Part shown: positions 9,839 through 17,362 of the stretch, one piece after another
Numbering within the stretch: position 1 is the first letter of the stretch
Layout of the letters: each line of letters begins with the position of its first letter
Origin: an uncultured virus (IMG/VR IMGVR_UViG_3300030330_002454)
Lineage: Duplodnaviria > Heunggongvirae > Uroviricota > Caudoviricetes
Length of the DNA stretch: 64,000 nucleotides
Strand: one strand, 5' to 3'
IMG/VR virus record: IMGVR_UViG_3300030330_002454
Translations under genes and position numbers: made by a program
The notes under the pieces: generated by a model
Database searches by the model: none
What the model was told of the DNA's origin: nothing
What the model saw: only the letters and a program-made list of their open reading frames with translations

Positions 9839-9985
9839 CTAATCACTCTTGCCTAATTTATCTTCTATTAAAGCAGCAAGCTTGACATATTCTTTTGTCA
9901 TTACACTTATCTGCTGTTGACTTGATTCTAATTGTTTCTGCTGTGCATCTACAATTTTAAGTAACACTTTTATATATTCATTCAT
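9839..9985 (-). CDS. small coiled-coil protein (48 aa, not in ORF track)
   Basis: MNEYIKVLLKIVDAQQKQLESSQQQISVMTKEYVKLAALIEDKLGKSD; its start overlaps the helicase stop (TAATG). Confidence 0.5.
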   Translation of the reverse strand: MNEYIKVLLKIVDAQQKQLESSQQQISVMTKEYVKLAALIEDKLGKSD

Positions 9986-11163
9986 TATACTGTAATTTCT
10001 TCTATGCTCTCAGCCCACACTACATTCTGTCCTTCTTGTCGCTTATTAAGCCACGAGACTTCCTGCGTATTAGGCGCATAGAGATTAATAATAACTGCTG
10101 TCTTACCTGGTACATAACGAATAATACGGCCTGTACGCTGTATGTTGTCTAGTTTCTTTGAGTTACCTGCAGCCACGATACCAAGAGAACAGTCAGGTAC
10201 ATCAAAACCTGCATTCAGAGCTTTGACACTGCTGATTACACGTTGTTTTGTACGTCCATCCTTAAATTTCTTGAGGATTTCTACCTGTTGTTTCTTGGTT
10301 CGCTTGCTATGGAAACTCAAACACATATCACCTAGCTCTTCTTGTACAGCATCTGCAAAATCTGTAGATGCACTGAATAGTAGAGCCTTGCGATCATCAA
10401 ACTTCTCAAGCAACTGTTTGATAACAGGTATCTTGGCTTGAGAGTTCTTACATATATCACCACGCTTACGCATGGAGTTATAATATACAGCTGCGACAGC
10501 ACGCATTGCAGGGTCTGCAGTTTTATCTTGCAGATACTTACGTGCATTGTTAAATGATTGTGCGCCACCAAAACCTAGCCTACCTGCAGCATATCTAAAC
10601 TGCTTGTTGGCTTTGTCATAGTCTTCTTGCTCGTCATCATACATAGGCACAGCTAGATTGTACACAAGATAGTCACTAACCCAGCCATTTGCATGACACT
10701 CGTCAATAGGCACTTCATCAATAACAGGTGCATACTCTAGTAGCACCTCATGCATACCATCTGAACGTTCTATAGTAGCTGTAAGGCCAAATATAAACTG
10801 ATAGCTGATCTTGTCAAAGACTTTAATAAACTGTTCTGCACCATATGCATGTATCTCATCACATATAAGAAGATCACAACTAAGTTTACTCTTATACGCA
10901 GTGTTGATAACAAAAACTTCGCAGTTTTTATGTACTTTATTTTTCTTCAGCTCTTTCTTCCACTGGTTCTTAAGATTAATTGTAGGTACAACAATAATAA
11001 CTTTACCATCTTTTCTAGATTTTAGTAATCTTATTATAATCATAATAGCTGTAAAGGTCTTACCGAAGCCTGTAGCTGCTAGCAATGTGCCTCTACCTTT
11101 ACTATCAGCAAACTTTTGGACTATTTCAAGCTGCCTCTCTGTCCTACTACTTACTTTTTCCAT
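9985..11163 (-). CDS. superfamily 2 helicase (UvsW/Rad25-like)
   Basis: ATGFGKT, VPT, CDEIH, GLTAT, GFDVPD and QRTGRIIR helicase motifs. Confidence 0.9.
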   Translation of the reverse strand: MEKVSSRTERQLEIVQKFADSKGRGTLLAATGFGKTFTAIMIIIRLLKSRKDGKVIIVVPTINLKNQWKKELKKNKVHKNCEVFVINTAYKSKLSCDLLICDEIHAYGAEQFIKVFDKISYQFIFGLTATIERSDGMHEVLLEYAPVIDEVPIDECHANGWVSDYLVYNLAVPMYDDEQEDYDKANKQFRYAAGRLGFGGAQSFNNARKYLQDKTADPAMRAVAAVYYNSMRKRGDICKNSQAKIPVIKQLLEKFDDRKALLFSASTDFADAVQEELGDMCLSFHSKRTKKQQVEILKKFKDGRTKQRVISSVKALNAGFDVPDCSLGIVAAGNSKKLDNIQRTGRIIRYVPGKTAVIINLYAPNTQEVSWLNKRQEGQNVVWAESIEEITV

Positions 11164-13019
11164 ACTGTTGATATTTCTGTTTCTGCTTTTAGTAGCCCTG
11201 ATGGTATAATATCTAGTGTTGACAATTCCATAATACGCTGTAATTCATCTTTCCATTCATCTGCATAATCTTTATGCACAATAGTATCAATTTGATCATG
11301 AACTGTCATTACTAGTTTAACTGGAAGCTCATGAAGATGGATATGCTCACGCACTATAACAAGTGCAGATTTACACATGTCAGCACCACTACCCTGTATA
11401 GGTGTGTTCTTGCTAGCACGCTCTATCTTACCCATCATAGCCTTATCTGTTTTATCTCCGTCCCACGCATCAAACCACCTGATACGACGAAATGGTGCAT
11501 ATGTTTTAATATGCCCATTTTGCTTACCATAATTACCAAGAGACTCTAGAAAGTTTTTGATTGCAGGAAATGCTGTAAAGTATTTTGCAATCAATCTTTC
11601 TGCTTCTTTGATACTGATAAGCAATGTGTCAGCTAGTTTGTGTGGGCCCATACCATAGGCTAAACCGAAGTTTATACTCTTTACATTTGTGCGCAGCTTC
11701 TTGTGTCTACTGCAATTGCATTTAGCTTTTGACTGCATGTAAGCACAATCAGGCTCTGCTGCATCTTGCCATTCTTTACCATAGACAAGATCTGCACACA
11801 CGCTATGAAGATCTTCTCCATCTTCTAGCGCTTTAATCCACACGGGATCTTTACTCCCTGTGGCTATAATACATAGCTCCTGTGAGCTGTAGTCACCTGA
11901 TACAAATACCCAATCATCATAACCACTGACAAAGCAATTACGATAGTCATTGTCTGCAGGTATCTGTTGCATATTAGGCTTACCTGATGCAACTCTACCT
12001 GTATTTAGTATTTGTTTGAAGCTTGTACGGATTCTACCGTCACTATCTACATTCTCAAGGAACTTATCACCATAACTAGTAGCCAGTTTGGCTTGTTCTT
12101 TGTACTTAATATATGTTTTGACAAAATCATTCTTACTGTGTACATGCAGATTCTTAGCATTTACATCATCTATGTCAAGACCATATGTCTTAAATACATC
12201 TAGCACTTGTTTTGGTGATGACCATTTTACATTTACTTTTCTTAACTGTGATACATCCATAAATAAATCACCTTGCACATAGTCATCTACAAACTTATTA
12301 AGTTTTGGATTAGATTCTATGTATGTATCAAGTACATCACACATACTTTTAACTTTGTAAGCTGCTTGTTTAGCAAGCTTAAGCCAGTTATCTTTATCTA
12401 GTCCAATACCATTGTACTCGATGTCTGCATACGCTAGCGCAGCTTCGTTCTCAAGTTCAGTTATCTGTACAAGATTGTGATGTATCACTGTAACTAATTG
12501 GTTATGATACAATTGTATAAGATATTCTACATCTTTAGCACCATATACTATCTCGGATTCTGTGAACTCGTCACTACCTTTAGAGATAAAATTAGTTCTA
12601 ATGCTCTTATCCATTTGTATATTTAATTCTCTAGATAATACATTAGATAAACTATGCGATAGTTCTTTACCACAGTGTATAACCTGTGAAGTTAGCATAG
12701 TATCCCACACATTATTAAGTCTTATATTATATTGTCGTAAGAACTTATAATCAAACTTAACATTGTGTAATACTTTTATTTTATCTCCTTCAAGTATATG
12801 TTTTAAGGGTTCTATGTCTACACATCTGGTATCAATAACAAATTGTTGCTTGTCATCACCAATCTGTAACATAATCATACTATCGTCTATATGATTAAGA
12901 CCTGTTGTTTCTGTGTCTACAGCAATAATATCTATACTATTGCAATAGTCTACAGCTTCTTGTATTGTTACAACTTCGCAGCAATCAAGAAGTTTTGGAT
13001 TTCCTACGAACTTTATCAT
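11151..13019 (-). CDS. polA: DNA polymerase family A with 3'-5' exonuclease
   Basis: Exonuclease motifs DTETTG, HNVKFD, YGAKD; TGRVASGKPNMQQIP; motif A DYSSQEL, motif B RTNVKSINFGLAYG, motif C VHDQI. Confidence 0.95.
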   Translation of the reverse strand: MIKFVGNPKLLDCCEVVTIQEAVDYCNSIDIIAVDTETTGLNHIDDSMIMLQIGDDKQQFVIDTRCVDIEPLKHILEGDKIKVLHNVKFDYKFLRQYNIRLNNVWDTMLTSQVIHCGKELSHSLSNVLSRELNIQMDKSIRTNFISKGSDEFTESEIVYGAKDVEYLIQLYHNQLVTVIHHNLVQITELENEAALAYADIEYNGIGLDKDNWLKLAKQAAYKVKSMCDVLDTYIESNPKLNKFVDDYVQGDLFMDVSQLRKVNVKWSSPKQVLDVFKTYGLDIDDVNAKNLHVHSKNDFVKTYIKYKEQAKLATSYGDKFLENVDSDGRIRTSFKQILNTGRVASGKPNMQQIPADNDYRNCFVSGYDDWVFVSGDYSSQELCIIATGSKDPVWIKALEDGEDLHSVCADLVYGKEWQDAAEPDCAYMQSKAKCNCSRHKKLRTNVKSINFGLAYGMGPHKLADTLLISIKEAERLIAKYFTAFPAIKNFLESLGNYGKQNGHIKTYAPFRRIRWFDAWDGDKTDKAMMGKIERASKNTPIQGSGADMCKSALVIVREHIHLHELPVKLVMTVHDQIDTIVHKDYADEWKDELQRIMELSTLDIIPSGLLKAETEISTVWKK

Positions 13020-13185
13020 TTAGATCTTTATTTAGTATTTTTAATATATCATTTATCTTCTCTACTGCCCACAACTTGTTGCATTTGTTTTTCGTGATTG
13101 TCATGAAACGTGAAAGAATATTGACTTGCTTTACAGAAATCTCTAAGCGCTTGTCTAATTTCTTGTTTGAGTTTTGCTCTACCAT
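12985..13185 (-). CDS. hypothetical protein
   Basis: 66 aa; overlaps both neighbours. Confidence 0.4.
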   Translation of the reverse strand: MVEQNSNKKLDKRLEISVKQVNILSRFMTITKNKCNKLWAVEKINDILKILNKDLNDKVRRKSKTS

Positions 13186-13372
13186 ACCAGTCTATTTTAT
13201 TTAGTAAATGGAGGTCAAGTTTATCAAATAATTCTGTAATAAACAAGTTATCTCGCATAGTTAATTGAAAGTCAAGAAAAGCAAGAAGCGTGAAATAATC
13301 ACGCCTCTTCTCTTGTGGTAACTCGTTGATCATCAGAGTCATACGAGTTATAAATTCTTTATTGGACTCCAT
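13049..13372 (-). CDS. hypothetical protein
   Basis: 107 aa; its C-terminal part overlaps the 66 aa ORF in another frame. Confidence 0.5.
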   Translation of the reverse strand: MESNKEFITRMTLMINELPQEKRRDYFTLLAFLDFQLTMRDNLFITELFDKLDLHLLNKIDWYGRAKLKQEIRQALRDFCKASQYSFTFHDNHEKQMQQVVGSREDK

Positions 13373-13607
13373 TTACTTGATGTGGTTTAGGAGCATTCTT
13401 CTTTGGTCTACCACGTTTAGCTTTTGGCTTGTTTACTTTATTATCTAAAGTGTCAAGTTTAAGCTTGTTATTACGTGTACGAGTGGCACAATCTCTTAGG
13501 CCATCTTCCATATTAAGCATTTCTGTGCTTGTTGACATGCACCATGCTAATGTATATATTGCTATTAAATTTGCTATAATCGCTAATACTAAAGTTATTG
13601 TTGTCAT
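13359..13607 (-). CDS. membrane-anchored hypothetical protein
   Basis: N-terminal TM helix, coiled coil and a KRGRPKK basic motif. Confidence 0.55.
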   Translation of the reverse strand: MTTITLVLAIIANLIAIYTLAWCMSTSTEMLNMEDGLRDCATRTRNNKLKLDTLDNKVNKPKAKRGRPKKNAPKPHQVNGVQ

Positions 13608-13629
13608 TTTTATTTATTTGTTTGAGTTT

Positions 13630-13666
13630 AAAAATAGAGAGCACTAGCCGTTACACTAGTACTCTC
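13630..13666 (-). terminator. intrinsic terminator
   Basis: Minus strand GAGAGTACTAG-loop-CTAGTGCTCTC (one U-G wobble) followed by TATTTTT, downstream of the 13694-14284 gene. Confidence 0.7.
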
Positions 13667-13693
13667 ATTCAACTTAGACTTACTACAATCTAA

Positions 13694-14284
13694 TTAAGCT
13701 GGTAATTCGTTAGACATCATTTGAACAAGTGGGTCAGCTGTTACACCTGCTTCTTTTGTCCCATCAGCTTGAATAAATGTGTCAAATGACTCTTCGTGTT
13801 CAGCTATTTTAGTTTCACACTGCCAATAGATAGGCTTGCCTTCTTTGCACATTACTTCATTAGTCGATGGATTTTGTTTAGGCTTATGTCCATCATATGA
13901 TGGTTCAAACGATTCAGTTATAAATAAATCTACAACTGGAAACTCTTCTGGAAATGACTCACCAGGACGAGTAGATATTTCTACATCACTCACTCTTGTT
14001 AAGTGGTTATTGAATAAATTATCTCCGTCAAGAGTCATTTCTTGTTTAGGAGCATTTACTATATCACCCAATTCAACAGGATCAAAGTCATAACCATATG
14101 CTTCAAGAAAATTTATATCAACTGGAAACCAGTCTACATATTTCTTAGCACGACTGCCTAAAGACATGTTTAATAAACTACCATCAGCTGATGATGCTTG
14201 TTCTTTTCTTAGTTCAAGTTGAACTACTTGCTTGTTTGCTGTACTTCGTACACGCTCTACTCTAATTTCTGGATTTTTACCCAT
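13694..14284 (-). CDS. acidic hypothetical early protein (possibly nucleic-acid binding)
   Basis: 196 aa, flanked by its own leader and terminator; KPKQNPSTNEV...GKPIY motif. Confidence 0.6.
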   Translation of the reverse strand: MGKNPEIRVERVRSTANKQVVQLELRKEQASSADGSLLNMSLGSRAKKYVDWFPVDINFLEAYGYDFDPVELGDIVNAPKQEMTLDGDNLFNNHLTRVSDVEISTRPGESFPEEFPVVDLFITESFEPSYDGHKPKQNPSTNEVMCKEGKPIYWQCETKIAEHEESFDTFIQADGTKEAGVTADPLVQMMSNELPA

Positions 14285-14332
14285 TTTACTTGTTGTTTAA
14301 ATTAATTAATAATTGTTGTTTATGCTTATGCA

Positions 14333-14377
14333 TAGTAAAGCATGTGAGAATCGAACTCACATTAACCATTTGCTTTA
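14333..14377 (-). ncRNA. tRNA-like minihelix (acceptor stem plus T arm, no anticodon arm)
   Basis: Minus strand TAAAGC-AAATGGTTA-ATGTGAG-TTCGATT-CTCACAT-GCTTTA-CTA, with a canonical GTTCGATTC T-loop. Confidence 0.45.
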
Positions 14378-14509
14378 TAAAGAAGATGTGAGAGTGTATC
14401 GATCTAATACACTCCCTTTTGTACATCATTGACGGGCACCACTCCGAGTTCTTATGCTACTCTATAGACCCTGGATTTTGTTCCTATAAAGATTAAAGGT
14501 GATCAACCC

Positions 14510-14788
14510 TCACGCCTTTCGTTTATATCTACCTATAACATCAACATGTACTTCTGGATGATGAGGGCCAAACATACCACCACTATCCCAATAAGTTTTG
14601 CACAGCACACGTTTACGTTTTTTATCAACAACAAAGAATATTGCTAATAAATCAAGTTGTTCTGGATCTGAGACATCTCCATGTTTAAATGGTTTCTGTC
14701 TACGTCTTGCATAGTCTTCTGCTTGTGCAAGAGTATTAAATACTATAAACTTAGCCATGGAATTCACGTGTTGGAACACATGCACCAT
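14510..14788 (-). CDS. hypothetical early protein (likely start MAKFIV)
   Basis: ORF in the early cluster. Confidence 0.5.
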   Translation of the reverse strand: MVHVFQHVNSMAKFIVFNTLAQAEDYARRRQKPFKHGDVSDPEQLDLLAIFFVVDKKRKRVLCKTYWDSGGMFGPHHPEVHVDVIGRYKRKA

Positions 14789-14948
14789 AGCAGCTGTTCA
14801 ATAAATACTTTACATCATCTGTAGTAGGAGTATCATTATAATATCCACCTGCACGATTAGGTATAAATCCTAATAGTCTAGAGTAATCACTTACTTTTCT
14901 TTTTAACTTTCTTAGTTTTATGCTTGTCTTTTTTACTGTTGTTGCCAT
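14751..14948 (-). CDS. hypothetical early protein
   Basis: 65 aa with A/T-rich leader. Confidence 0.5.
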   Translation of the reverse strand: MATTVKKTSIKLRKLKRKVSDYSRLLGFIPNRAGGYYNDTPTTDDVKYLLNSCYGACVPTREFHG

Positions 14949-15134
14949 TATAAAATGCTTTTAGTGTTTCGTAGCTTATTAGTTTAAAAATAGTAATGCT
15001 CTAACCTGCATGCATGTTCCAAGGTCTTTTCGTGGAGCATTACTATTCTAGGAAAATAAGTACAACATTCACCGATATAGTTCTTTAACAGAGCATCATT
15101 GCACGGCTTTCACTAAGTTGTACTTATTGTGTTA

Positions 15135-15560
15135 TTATTTCTTGATAATATCTTCTACAGACATATCAAGATACTTGTCTAATTTATTGGCTATTACGCT
15201 AAATCTATCATTAGGTCTGATACCTTCATAGTGTGCGTATTTCTTAAATGCTGTTATTATTTTTTCTCTAGTATTATTATCAGCATATACAAGTTCGTCA
15301 TTACGTTTAACAAGTTCTTTGTTCCTACTAAACAACTCGTTATTCATATCTTCAAATCTTTCGTTTGATTTCTCAAGCTCTTCATTACGAGTTTGTAAGT
15401 CATCAACTACATCTTCAAGTCTTTTAGATTGACTAACTGCATCACTAAGTTCTTCGTATACTTTTAAGAACTCTTCTACGTTCATATCACCTGCCTCTTG
15501 GCAGATTGCGTTAAGTTTTAGATATATCTTATGATGTATCTTGAATAAATGTTCTTCCAT
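15135..15560 (-). CDS. coiled-coil hypothetical early protein
   Basis: Heptad repeats LQTRNEELEKSNERFEDMNNELFSRNKELVKRNDEL. Confidence 0.6.
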   Translation of the reverse strand: MEEHLFKIHHKIYLKLNAICQEAGDMNVEEFLKVYEELSDAVSQSKRLEDVVDDLQTRNEELEKSNERFEDMNNELFSRNKELVKRNDELVYADNNTREKIITAFKKYAHYEGIRPNDRFSVIANKLDKYLDMSVEDIIKK

Positions 15561-15844
15561 GATTAGTTATGTATTAGTTTTGTAGTAAGTAAAAATGTAA
15601 GACCTTTTATAACAACTGCAGTCGCATCGCTTGATGCTGTCGGCTGTTACTCCCCCTGCGCTGTCTTTACTTTGAGGCTACGTATCCTTTTATTTATACT
15701 CGATTGTCGTGTCGAGTGCGCTTCGTTAATTAGCTATATATTATAATGCAATGGATTAGTATGAATGTGGATTATAAGGGAATATGTGTGGATAGTAACA
15801 GGCACACAACAACGTATGCACAACGTGTACTAACAACACAAACT

Positions 15845-15878
15845 AAAAAAGAAAGAGCACGAAGTGCTCTATTCTTTT
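15845..15878 (-). terminator. intrinsic terminator (possibly bidirectional)
   Basis: AGAGCAC-TTC-GTGCTCT then TTCTTTTTT on the minus strand, immediately after the 15877 stop. Confidence 0.75.
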
Positions 15879-16092
15879 ATTTCCATTTAGGAACGCCGTC
15901 GTTAATCGACACGATGTCGTCAACTTGTTGACCGACTTCGATGTCGTTACGAACTTTGTTCGTGCGAAGAAACGTTGTTGACGATTTATCGGAAACAAAA
16001 GTGTCTTTGCCTAACAAAGTGCGTTTAGAAAAGCCTGTAACTCCGATAATTGTTGCAGACTCTTCGTGTTTAATCCAAAATACTTGTACCAT
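15877..16092 (-). CDS. first gene of the leftward arm, hypothetical
   Basis: 71 aa with its own terminator and distinctive C-ending codons. Confidence 0.6.
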   Translation of the reverse strand: MVQVFWIKHEESATIIGVTGFSKRTLLGKDTFVSDKSSTTFLRTNKVRNDIEVGQQVDDIVSINDGVPKWK

Positions 16093-16261
16093 TGTAGTAA
16101 GTTTTAAGTTATGTGGGGGGACTTTCCCGCCAAAATATACAGGGGGTGATGAATTATAAGTGGTCTACGAAAGCATTTTTGCAGAAAATTTTTATTTTAA
16201 AAATAAAATAGTATCTTGCGGGCTGTGTGTTTTTAATTGATTTTTCAATTGATTTGGTTGG

Positions 16262-16293
16262 AGATCCCTCTTTTTTTAGAGGGATCTTTTTTT
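16262..16293 (+). terminator. intrinsic terminator
   Basis: Perfect 10 bp stem AGATCCCTCT/AGAGGGATCT followed by a T tract. Confidence 0.75.
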
Positions 16294-16310
16294 ATATAAA
16301 AAATTTTTAT

Positions 16311-16318
16311 TACGTTTG
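16311..16318 (+). promoter_or_regulatory. Bacteroidota sigma-A-type -7 promoter element
   Basis: TACGTTTG matches TAnnTTTG at the head of the rightward arm. Confidence 0.6.
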
Positions 16319-16491
16319 CATCCTGAGTTACCGAACTAGCACTTCAATCAGAAACGATTGTTGGAACAGACAAGTATCTTCGTTTGATGTTTGAGAGTTG
16401 AACCAGCAATGACTCTCCCGATTGAAAAGTTAGTGGCGTTTCAATTTGGTTTTCTTTTGGCCACTTTTCTTTTAATAATTAAGTGTGAAAT

Positions 16492-16596
16492 ATGACAGAC
16501 CCAAAAGAACAAGCAAAGATAATATGGGAATCCTGGATAACGGATTCTACAATAGAAGAAGATTGTGAATATGAAGGAGAAGGAGAAGAAGATTGA
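16492..16596 (+). CDS. small acidic peptide (34 aa, not in ORF track)
   Basis: MTDPKEQAKIIWESWITDSTIEEDCEYEGEGEED; ends 4 nt before the next ATG. Confidence 0.45.
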   Translation: MTDPKEQAKIIWESWITDSTIEEDCEYEGEGEED

Positions 16597-16600
16597 TGCT

Positions 16601-17344
16601 ATGCATCTATTTACAGAATTAAACAAGTTCAATAATGTGGTGTTTACAGAAAAAGGGCACACATACACTGTCGGGGGTCAGGAAGCTACATCTGTAACCA
16701 CATTTATTGGACAATTTAAAGAAACTTTTGAGAGAGACTTTTGGGCAGCACGTTCTGCAGAGAAAGAGAACGTAAAACTGCAGGACATTCTAGATAAGTG
16801 GGATTCGATTAGTTTACGTGCATGTAATAAAGGTAGTAAATTTCACGCATTTGCAGAAAACTACATTAATAATAAGATACTCACTAATGTAATGTATGAC
16901 TTTGATATAGATAAAGAAGCGTACAACAAAATTGAATCCTACTTTTTAGAATTTTATGAAGAATCGAAAGAAAATCTTATACCTATTCGCTCTGAGCTGT
17001 GCGTTGGTTCTCGCGATCTTGGGATATGCGGTATGGTTGACCAGCTCTACTATTCAAATACTCTTGACGGGCTTGTCATATTTGACTGGAAGACGAACAA
17101 AAAAATGAATTACAAAAGCAGGTACCAAAAAAAGATGCTTGGTCCTGTATCTCACCTAGACGAGTGTGAATTTTCTACATACTCTTTACAACTTTCCTTA
17201 TATAAATACATAATCGAATATGAAACAAACCTTAGAATTAAAGATTGTTTTATAGTTTGGTTTAATGAAAAGAATGACACTTATAAGCTTATAAAGTGCG
17301 CAGATTATAGAAAAGAAATTATCGATATGTTGCATTATAATTAA
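16601..17344 (+). CDS. PD-(D/E)XK nuclease of the crAss-like late module
   Basis: HTY...SVTT, GSKFH, SE...ICGMVD...IFDWKTN and YSLQLSLY motifs; ATG 16601 preferred over GTG 16565. Confidence 0.8.
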   Translation: MHLFTELNKFNNVVFTEKGHTYTVGGQEATSVTTFIGQFKETFERDFWAARSAEKENVKLQDILDKWDSISLRACNKGSKFHAFAENYINNKILTNVMYDFDIDKEAYNKIESYFLEFYEESKENLIPIRSELCVGSRDLGICGMVDQLYYSNTLDGLVIFDWKTNKKMNYKSRYQKKMLGPVSHLDECEFSTYSLQLSLYKYIIEYETNLRIKDCFIVWFNEKNDTYKLIKCADYRKEIIDMLHYN

Positions 17345-17358
17345 TTTTATTATATTTG
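17330..17358 (+). promoter_or_regulatory. Bacteroidota-type promoter (probably leaderless transcript)
   Basis: TTG, 18 nt spacer, TATATTTG (17351-17358); ATG follows at 17363. Confidence 0.6.
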
Positions 17359-17362
17359 TCGC

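Noticed and set aside
543..14093. Plus-strand ORFs over the leftward arm, and minus-strand ORFs over the late arm
   Set aside because: Antisense shadows of well-supported genes, without motifs and often with non-ATG starts.
14333..14377. Functional tRNA gene
   Set aside because: No anticodon arm or full D arm; kept only as a tRNA-like element. I saw no complete tRNA in the window.
15055..15128. Hammerhead ribozyme
   Set aside because: GAAA is present but the CUGANGA core is missing.
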